64,000 nucleotides of DNA, taken from a virus. The stretch covers positions 21,198 to 85,197 of IMG/VR virus record IMGVR_UViG_3300031521_000039; one strand, given 5' to 3'. Each line of letters opens with the position of its first letter. Position 1 is the first letter of the stretch. The notes below the pieces were generated by a model. That model was not told the origin of the DNA. It searched no databases and saw only the letters and a list, made by a program, of their open reading frames with translations. Shown here piece after piece: positions 49,795 through 57,014 of the stretch. The position numbers and the translations under genes were made by a program.

Positions 49795-50031
49795 CTACAT
49801 TATTTCTAAGCCTCTTAAAGTACAATACGTTTCATCGTGTAGTCTTCTTGCAACATTTTTAATTTTTTCTTCATCTATAAATTTTGAATAATATTCTAGT
49901 TCTTTATCTATTTCTTCAATTGTCATTTTCTTTAGTTTTTGCAAAGCTACTGATATTACAAATAATTCTTCTGATGTTAATTTAGTTTTTAATTCTATTG
50001 AAAATGAATCATTTATATTTATTTTACTCAT
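49795..50031 (-). CDS. Hypothetical protein
   Basis: RBS AAGGAGG. Confidence 0.5.
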   Translation of the reverse strand: MSKININDSFSIELKTKLTSEELFVISVALQKLKKMTIEEIDKELEYYSKFIDEEKIKNVARRLHDETYCTLRGLEIM

Positions 50032-50052
50032 CCTCCTTATCTTTATTCTCTT

Positions 50053-50175
50053 TTACTTAGATTTTGGGTAGTTTAAATTCATTAAAAATAATAATCCCCA
50101 CATACTAACATATTTACATACAATAATTGTACAAATCATAGTTACTATATTCTCTAATACATGCCATTTATTCAT
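50053..50175 (-). CDS. Small membrane peptide (40 aa, not in track)
   Basis: MNKWHVLENIVTMICTIIVCKYVSMWGLLFL; RBS GAGGA. Confidence 0.45.
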   Translation of the reverse strand: MNKWHVLENIVTMICTIIVCKYVSMWGLLFLMNLNYPKSK

Positions 50176-50186
50176 TGTAATTCCTC

Positions 50187-50822
50187 CTATTCAATAATTA
50201 ATTCATTTTTAATAATACATTTTCTTCTATTTTTAAATCTCCACCATGAAGAATTATTATATCTTCTAACAAGTTGATATTTAAGAGTTATTATGGTTTC
50301 TGCGTTTTCTAATTTAAAATCACAATAGGTACTAAAACAACTTGAAGCTTTCTCTACAGATGTTCCATAATGTCTATAACTACCTCCAATACTATCATTC
50401 TCTTTATCATATTCAGATTCATAAACATCAATATAAATATCTAGTCCTTTATAATAATCTAAATTATTTTTGATAACTTGTAATAGTCCTAATTTTTCAA
50501 TTGCATTAATTTCATTTTTAGACACTAGATGTATATAACCAAATTCTTCGTCACCATAAAAATTAATCATATTATTAGTATTATTTAAACTCCATCCTTG
50601 ATATTCTCTAACTCGAATCAATTCTTTTGGCTTTTCTTCTTTTTCTTTGGGATTTTTAAATTCAGCTTTTACAAAGTTAGTTTTCCCAGTTATAATTTGT
50701 CCACAATGTTTACATTTATAAACTGTTATATTCTCTTCATTATTATCAAATTTATGTCTTGTGACATCATGTATTTTCATAATATGTAGGTTATGACCTA
50801 ATAAACATTTAATATTTTTCAT
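50187..50822 (-). CDS. Hypothetical protein with N-terminal CLLGH...CxxC
   Basis: ATG at 50822 after GAGGAG. Confidence 0.55.
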   Translation of the reverse strand: MKNIKCLLGHNLHIMKIHDVTRHKFDNNEENITVYKCKHCGQIITGKTNFVKAEFKNPKEKEEKPKELIRVREYQGWSLNNTNNMINFYGDEEFGYIHLVSKNEINAIEKLGLLQVIKNNLDYYKGLDIYIDVYESEYDKENDSIGGSYRHYGTSVEKASSCFSTYCDFKLENAETIITLKYQLVRRYNNSSWWRFKNRRKCIIKNELIIE

Positions 50823-51082
50823 CTTATATTTAACTCCTCGTCCATATTTCCATCCCACTTTTGAAAGTTCTCATAATCAAAACTTTTTGCATAAATATCA
50901 TTAGCTCTTAATACTGCATTTTTACATACATCAATTAATGTATCTCCATAACAAGAACTACCATATATTTGATTTCCTGAAACTTTATTTAGTTCATCTG
51001 CAAAATAAACTTGAACTAAATAATCGTCAATTCTAACTAACCAATCTTTATTATTAAATTTAACATTCTTTTCTAATACCAT
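50819..51082 (-). CDS. Hypothetical protein
   Basis: RBS GGAGG. Confidence 0.5.
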   Translation of the reverse strand: MVLEKNVKFNNKDWLVRIDDYLVQVYFADELNKVSGNQIYGSSCYGDTLIDVCKNAVLRANDIYAKSFDYENFQKWDGNMDEELNIR

Positions 51083-51096
51083 TTTATTTATCCTCC

Positions 51097-51684
51097 TTAT
51101 TCTTTAAATTCTAATATTTCATCATTTTCAGTATTCATGATATAAAATGGTTTATCTACTCCACAACTAAAATGAGAAGCACTTTGTAATCCTATATGTA
51201 TTTTATCAACAATATCCTTATTACTATCTTCTAATGCAAATAAACTACCATTGGCGTGATATTCTCCACAGCCACATGATCCATAATCTTCAAAACTTTC
51301 ACTAACTTGAAAATCACATTCAACTTCAAATAATTTATCTTTGTATGATATTAAGAAAAAACCACCTTCATCTTTCTTACCATAGTTCCCATCTTCAAAT
51401 AACTTTTTAATTTTAGGTATTAATTCAGTAACCATGAATTTATGATCTATAGTCCATTTTTTAAAAGTTATTTCTTCTTCTGTCGGAAATATATCTGAAT
51501 ACATTAGCAATTGTCCCATTCTATAAGAACTCGTAAATCCTAGTAAGAAATTCTTATTCTTTTCTGGCTTAAATATCTTCTTGTCTTTTCTATATGTTTT
51601 TGTATTCCCATTTGAACCTAAGCTGTCGCACCCCATATATGTTTTCTTATTCTTTTTGTCAATTACTCCTATAATACATGTCAT
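51097..51684 (-). CDS. Proteasome/HslV-type Ntn-hydrolase protease
   Basis: M-T(1)CIIG...MGCDS...KIF...GFTSS.R.GQ...CGCGEYHANGSL. Confidence 0.75.
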   Translation of the reverse strand: MTCIIGVIDKKNKKTYMGCDSLGSNGNTKTYRKDKKIFKPEKNKNFLLGFTSSYRMGQLLMYSDIFPTEEEITFKKWTIDHKFMVTELIPKIKKLFEDGNYGKKDEGGFFLISYKDKLFEVECDFQVSESFEDYGSCGCGEYHANGSLFALEDSNKDIVDKIHIGLQSASHFSCGVDKPFYIMNTENDEILEFKE

Positions 51685-51851
51685 TTTTATATCACTCTCT
51701 TTCATATTACTTTTTATTGTTCTATTAATTTATTAAATTACCTTAAAATGCGAATTTTAAAGTCTAATTATGCAATTATCATTCACATTTCTTGCATAAT
51801 TTAATCTATTATCCCGTTGTTTTTATCATTTTTGCAAGATTGCAATTTGTA

Positions 51852-52148
51852 TTATTCGTGTTTATGAGATTTGTTGTAAGCTTTAATAATATCTTCTGAA
51901 TTTTTTAAAAATTCAATATCAATAGATTTTAACATTTCTTCTTTTGGTTTATGAAATGCATCATTCTTTCTATTCTCCCATTTTTTAAAAGCTTCTAACC
52001 ATTTATAGTCTTCTGGAAAGAACATATCATCTGAAGCTATATAACTAAACATATTGTTTATAAGTTGTCCAAATCTTAAATCAGGACTCTCTAACCATAT
52101 TTCAGTTAATATTTTCATAAATGGTTCTATTCTATTTATATCTCTCAT
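51852..52148 (-). CDS. Phage protein (MRD..RI...W...PDLRFGQL family)
   Basis: Conserved N-terminal motif. Confidence 0.6.
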   Translation of the reverse strand: MRDINRIEPFMKILTEIWLESPDLRFGQLINNMFSYIASDDMFFPEDYKWLEAFKKWENRKNDAFHKPKEEMLKSIDIEFLKNSEDIIKAYNKSHKHE

Positions 52149-52640
52149 TTATTTACACCCTCCTAATAATTCTAAAGCCTTTTTCAATTCATTCTTAGTA
52201 AATCCATAATAATCATTACATTGAACTAATCTATCTTCTAAGTCGCCTATATCATTTTCATCATCTAAAATTACATAATTAATATCCATATCAGAAAACA
52301 TATATAACCATTCTTTAATTTCTTCACCTCTAGTTTTATCCTTTAACAATGGTGTTGATGAAAAATATCTGTCATTTATTATTTCATATAATTTCAAATT
52401 ATTACAAATATCTTTTATACCATTGTCAGTATCTCTCCAACTAGAACTTATAACTATGTATGCATTAGTCTTGTCTATTAATTCTTTTAAATTCTTCATG
52501 CAGATTGGATCAAAATTAAATTGAGCATTCCAACTATCACATTCATGATGTTTAACTTGATAATCTTGAAATCTCCAAGTGTTAAGAACTCCATCAATAT
52601 CTAAGAAAATTATATTCATTTTATTTATCACAAGTTTCAC
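52149..52640 (-). CDS. HAD phosphatase (Swiss-army-knife RNA-repair type)
   Basis: FLDIDGVLN, ISSSWR, RGEEIKEWL, VILDD. Confidence 0.85.
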   Translation of the reverse strand: MKLVINKMNIIFLDIDGVLNTWRFQDYQVKHHECDSWNAQFNFDPICMKNLKELIDKTNAYIVISSSWRDTDNGIKDICNNLKLYEIINDRYFSSTPLLKDKTRGEEIKEWLYMFSDMDINYVILDDENDIGDLEDRLVQCNDYYGFTKNELKKALELLGGCK

Positions 52641-52885
52641 CTCAATTTTATTTTAATATACTTAAATAATTCACTAATTCCCATTAGAATTAATAATATA
52701 AAATACCATAACCCTAAAACAAACAATATTATCAATGGAACAAAAGTTAAGATACTTCCTGTTTTATAAAACTGAAACTTCCAAAATACACATCCTATCA
52801 TTGCAAAAGTAAAACATAATCCTACAATTTTATTTGTATATTTATCTCCTAGTTTTATTGACTTATCTATAATTTTATCAAACAA
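52637..52885 (-). CDS. Two-TM membrane protein
   Basis: Hydrophobic segments. Confidence 0.55.
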   Translation of the reverse strand: MFDKIIDKSIKLGDKYTNKIVGLCFTFAMIGCVFWKFQFYKTGSILTFVPLIILFVLGLWYFILLILMGISELFKYIKIKLR

Positions 52886-52937
52886 TTAAATCACCTTATC
52901 TATATTAATTTATTTATAACCTATTAAAACAAGCTTT

Positions 52938-53270
52938 TTAAAAAGTGTTAATATCAAATCTATTGATTATATTTTGTATTTTCCTAATTTTTTTAGTTAA
53001 TTTATCTTTTAAGTCTTCATGTTCAGTATAATGTATAAAACTCCTAATTATTTCTAACTCATCAAGTGTAAATTCATTATATATAATTTCAAAATCATCA
53101 GACAATATCATATCCATAGGTTTAAATTTAACTCTTATATTTTCATCCACTACAAAGCTATAATATCTATCATCATCCTTATAATTTAGCCAATCCTCAT
53201 ATGTAAATAATGTTTGAGTTGATTTATGAATTGCATATTTAAATTTAATCATTTTTAATTCTCCTCCCAT
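52938..53270 (-). CDS. Hypothetical protein
   Basis: Stop lies inside the palindrome. Confidence 0.5.
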   Translation of the reverse strand: MGGELKMIKFKYAIHKSTQTLFTYEDWLNYKDDDRYYSFVVDENIRVKFKPMDMILSDDFEIIYNEFTLDELEIIRSFIHYTEHEDLKDKLTKKIRKIQNIINRFDINTF

Positions 53271-53641
53271 ATTTTTTCTAACATATTTTCTACTTCATCA
53301 AAAGCTAATTTGTTACTTCTTGATTTATCTACTATATCTTTAATCTCATCTAATATTTTATCTTTTGTAGATTCTAGTTCCTTATTTTCTTCATATAAAT
53401 CATCATACTTATCTTTTAAATCACTATTTTCAGTGTCCAAAGTATCATAAGCTTCATCTTTATCAGCCATTTCATCTTCTAAAATATCTAGTCTGTCTAA
53501 ATCAGCTTCTACACTACCAAATGTATTTTCTAATAAATCATATAATCCACTATCTATATATTCTTTAATTTGTTTTAATACATTACCATCTTCATAAATT
53601 GTAACTGTCTGTCCATTATCTAATGTCAATACCATAATCAA
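53255..53641 (-). CDS. Acidic coiled-coil protein
   Basis: Heptad pattern; D/E-rich. Confidence 0.5.
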   Translation of the reverse strand: MIMVLTLDNGQTVTIYEDGNVLKQIKEYIDSGLYDLLENTFGSVEADLDRLDILEDEMADKDEAYDTLDTENSDLKDKYDDLYEENKELESTKDKILDEIKDIVDKSRSNKLAFDEVENMLEKIWEEN

Positions 53642-53927
53642 TCACCTCTTTAGATTCTTCATAATCATATTGAAAATCATAAATTCTATTTTTTGTATAA
53701 ATCCATACTCCTCCATCATCTTCATCAAATGATTCTACCGATGAACTTGTGCAAATTGAACCAGTTTCATACAACCATTGAATAGGTTCTCCTTCTTTTA
53801 TGTATTCAGGTAAATAACACTTTCTACCTATTCTATAAGCATATTTTTCATCTCTTTGGTTAGTTTCTTTGTTTAATACTTCACATATTTTCATTCTTTG
53901 TCTTTTATTAAATTCCATTTTAATCAT
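53616..53927 (-). CDS. Hypothetical protein
   Basis: TS.V......IYTKNRIY motif. Confidence 0.5.
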   Translation of the reverse strand: MIKMEFNKRQRMKICEVLNKETNQRDEKYAYRIGRKCYLPEYIKEGEPIQWLYETGSICTSSSVESFDEDDGGVWIYTKNRIYDFQYDYEESKEVIDYGIDIR

Positions 53928-54001
53928 CCTCTCTATTTATGTTAATTTATTATAAGGTTTTAAAATCCAAGTTTGATTGGAACTTAAAAATCTATGCCTT
54001 C

Positions 54002-54187
54002 TCATATATATTCTTTCTTTTTCTCCTCAATAATGTTTTTAAATATACATTGAAGAACAGTTCCCATTTTAATTATACTAGTATAATCATTTTCTATTAT
54101 AACATCTACTATTTTATCATATGCTAAAACCTTTTGTTCTGTTGTTAAATCTTTTAATATATACATAGTTATTTCACTTCCTTTCAT
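54002..54187 (-). CDS. Hypothetical protein
   Basis: ORF with RBS. Confidence 0.45.
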   Translation of the reverse strand: MKGSEITMYILKDLTTEQKVLAYDKIVDVIIENDYTSIIKMGTVLQCIFKNIIEEKKKEYI

Positions 54188-54232
54188 AAACCTATCTTAC
54201 CATAGATTTCTAATTGGTTCAATATGTTTCTA

Positions 54233-54961
54233 TTAATTTGTTGCTTTTATGTATAATTTATAGTCTTCGTGTAACCATTTATGTATTTTATTTAATCTAT
54301 TAGAACTAAAATTAGGATTATCCTTATTATACCATTCATCAAATAATGAAGTATGTTTACTACTGTTACATATCTTACAAGAGGGAATGCAATTGCTTAA
54401 ATCATTGTTTCCCTCATGATCTACATGCTCTTTATGAAAGTCTGTTAATCTAATTTCACCTTTAAATTTATTATAGTGTTGCTCGATAGATAGTCCACAA
54501 TAAGCACACTCATTATTAAAGTATTCTTTGCAATTAATCCACTCCTTTTTACTAATTTTATGATTTCCATGCATTTCTCTATTTTCCCTATATTCTTTCA
54601 TCTTATTAGGATTGTTTCTTTGCCAATCTCTTTGAACTCCCTTATCTCGTCCTTCCTTATTCATTCTTTTTAGGTTTTCTTTTCTTTTTGGATTTTGGTC
54701 ATGTTTTTTACAATAATTTGCTCTTTTATCTCTATGATTCTTGCCCCATTGGGAATTTTTCTTCTTTTCACAAGTTTTACAATAAGGACTTAAGCCATCA
54801 TTACTTCCTTTGTTTTTGTAGAAGAATTCATCAGTACATAGTAGCCATTCTTCCTCGTTAGGGGAATATTCTTCATGTATAGAACAACGTTTATATAATT
54901 TCCCATCTATTTCTTTATGATTCTCTTGATAATGAATAAGAATTTTCTCTTTTTGATTCAT
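54233..54961 (-). CDS. HNH endonuclease
   Basis: CAYCG...EHVDH...N..SNCIPSCKICNSSK. Confidence 0.85.
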   Translation of the reverse strand: MNQKEKILIHYQENHKEIDGKLYKRCSIHEEYSPNEEEWLLCTDEFFYKNKGSNDGLSPYCKTCEKKKNSQWGKNHRDKRANYCKKHDQNPKRKENLKRMNKEGRDKGVQRDWQRNNPNKMKEYRENREMHGNHKISKKEWINCKEYFNNECAYCGLSIEQHYNKFKGEIRLTDFHKEHVDHEGNNDLSNCIPSCKICNSSKHTSLFDEWYNKDNPNFSSNRLNKIHKWLHEDYKLYIKATN

Positions 54962-55018
54962 TTAATTACTCTCACCTTTCTTTAATTAATTTACAATATA
55001 ATATCGATTTTAAAAGAA

Positions 55019-55483
55019 CTATCTAATATTTATTATCTCATATTCTTTATCAATATAGATATAATGTCCAAAATTCATATAATCAAGACTAACTGAGGTT
55101 TGTACTATTCTATGTTTTTTCATATCTAATAATGCAAAAGGATATTCTGGATTCATCTCTGAATTATCTAACACTTGATATTCTTTATTGATTCCATCTT
55201 TATTTACTAATAATATAGATCCAATATTAATTTGCATATCTTCTAATTTTGATGTATGTTTTGCATAATCGTCCATTGCGACTTGTGTAATTTGTGATAA
55301 AACATTTAAATCAAAATTTTCTTTATTACTTTTAAAATAGTAAGGTGGTCTATAACCTTCAAAGAAAGGTTTCTTTTCTTCAGTATCAATATATGTACCT
55401 CTAATTTTACCTCTTATAGTTTGTCCGATATTGTCTATAGACTCTATAATTGAACCATTTTCAAATTTTATTTTATTACTCAT
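55019..55483 (-). CDS. Hypothetical protein with N-terminal terminase-like segment
   Basis: MSNKIKFENGSIIESI...IRGKIRG.YID; ATG at 55483 after GGAGG. Confidence 0.5.
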   Translation of the reverse strand: MSNKIKFENGSIIESIDNIGQTIRGKIRGTYIDTEEKKPFFEGYRPPYYFKSNKENFDLNVLSQITQVAMDDYAKHTSKLEDMQINIGSILLVNKDGINKEYQVLDNSEMNPEYPFALLDMKKHRIVQTSVSLDYMNFGHYIYIDKEYEIINIR

Positions 55484-55484
55484 A

Positions 55485-55790
55485 TCATTTATCCTCCAAT
55501 TTATTTCCACATAATGGACAGTATTCAATTTTTATACCTTCACTTATTGGTGCTATTACCAATTCATTGTTATTCAATGTATTCATTTTTCTAAAATAAG
55601 TCACATCTAAATAATTATTCCATTTCATACTAATAGAGAATTCATTATTCTCATCAGCACAACCACAACAACCTTCGCAATTACGATTATAATCTTTACT
55701 TCTTATCGTGTCACATAAGTTATCCTCTGCATATGTAGTTCTAAATTGTAATTTCTTTTCTGTTCCCATTGTTTCACAAAATTCACACAT
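55485..55790 (-). CDS. Cys-rich phage protein
   Basis: MCEFC...IEYCPLCGNKL. Confidence 0.6.
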   Translation of the reverse strand: MCEFCETMGTEKKLQFRTTYAEDNLCDTIRSKDYNRNCEGCCGCADENNEFSISMKWNNYLDVTYFRKMNTLNNNELVIAPISEGIKIEYCPLCGNKLEDK

Positions 55791-55984
55791 TATCTATCAA
55801 CTCCTTTAAAGTAACTATATTCTTTAAATATTTCATCAGATTCTATTCTTTTACCATCTACGAATAATCCACCTTTTCCTTTTTCTACTTTTTCATATTT
55901 GAAATTACATTCTTTTAAAATATCTTCAAACTCATTATCAGTTAAATTATCAAATATACTTTTATATTTTTCTTTATCATCCAT
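55790..55984 (-). CDS. Hypothetical protein
   Basis: RBS AAGGAG. Confidence 0.5.
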   Translation of the reverse strand: MDDKEKYKSIFDNLTDNEFEDILKECNFKYEKVEKGKGGLFVDGKRIESDEIFKEYSYFKGVDR

Positions 55985-56082
55985 TTTTACATCTCCTTTA
56001 AATTTAATTATATTCTATTAATTTATTAACTCTTGGTAAATTCATGTTTTTACTTGGAGTTAACCCTAGCAATCATGCTGTT

Positions 56083-56384
56083 TTATAAGGTTAAATCTTT
56101 AATCATAATTTCCATCCAACCTTTTTTACCAATTGAATAGAACCCAAATTTATTATACCATTCTACTAAAACAAATCCATCTCTTTGTGGTTGTTTTGTA
56201 TCTGCATGAAGATATATGTATTTATAATTCTTTTCTTTTGATAATTCAATTAATTTAATGTTTTAGTCCCTAAGCCTTTATACCTATTAGATATACCACT
56301 AATTATAAGTGTATCTAAATACATAAAGATATCCTTATGTTTATCTTGATAAAACTTATAATATACATCTATACAATCTTCCAT
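56083..56384 (-). pseudogene. Frameshifted GNAT acetyltransferase
   Basis: Frame 1 ends NRYKGLGTKTLN* (TAA 56252-56250); frame 2 continues KLIELSKEKNYKYIYLHA...WYNKFGF. Confidence 0.75.
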
Positions 56385-56441
56385 TAATTACACCTCCTTA
56401 AATAAAAAATAGATATAAGGAATTATTTACCTCATATCTAT

Positions 56442-56470
56442 AATATACTCTTATTCAGTTTTAAAGTCAA
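56442..56470 (-). promoter_or_regulatory. Early promoter, family copy 3
   Basis: TTGACT-N17-TATATT with ATTGACTTTAAAA. Confidence 0.7.
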
Positions 56471-56480
56471 TCTATTTCTA

Positions 56481-57014
56481 TTAATTTGTTTTTAACTTAT
56501 TTCTAAGATAATAATAAAACGTGTTATAAATATATTTTCCACTATGTTCTTTATCAGTAAAGAAAAACGGGCAATTATATTGTTCTTGAAATGAATGTAA
56601 TGAGCCAATAAATGATTCTTTAGGAAATTTAGTTTTATATTTTCCTTCACATATATCAGCATAATTAGCATCTTCTATTAACAACCTTAAAACTCCATTA
56701 CTACGTTCAAACTCTCTTTTAAACCTTTCTCTATTCTGTGAAAAATTACCACTTATTTCTTCGGCATTAGCTTTTCTTTCAACTACTATTTCATCGGTAA
56801 AGTATGTGTTCTCTAAAATATCTAAGGATTCATTTTTAAGTATCATAAATGAATAATCCCCATAATCCAATTTATATTCCATATAGCCTATTTTATTTGA
56901 TTTTAACCACATCTTAATATGGCTATTTATTTTCTCTCTGGAATCAATCAATACAACCATTGATGATATAATTTGTTTAATTTCTTTATCTTTATATTCT
57001 CTATTAAAGTTCAT
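56481..57014 (-). CDS. ERCC4/XPF-family nuclease
   Basis: IDSRE, LDYGDY, VERK, LLIE. Confidence 0.88.
   Translation of the reverse strand: MNFNREYKDKEIKQIISSMVVLIDSREKINSHIKMWLKSNKIGYMEYKLDYGDYSFMILKNESLDILENTYFTDEIVVERKANAEEISGNFSQNRERFKREFERSNGVLRLLIEDANYADICEGKYKTKFPKESFIGSLHSFQEQYNCPFFFTDKEHSGKYIYNTFYYYLRNKLKTN

Larger units (their letters stand above)
28195..56052. repeat. Dispersed intergenic palindrome TAAAA-N6-TTTTA (right-arm copies)
   Basis: Starts at 28195, 29539, 32375 (weak), 33410, 35330, 39840, 40892, 43520, 49222, 51744, 52925, 53961, 54997, 56037. Left-arm copies at 1347, 4261, 16072, 23871. Confidence 0.85.
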
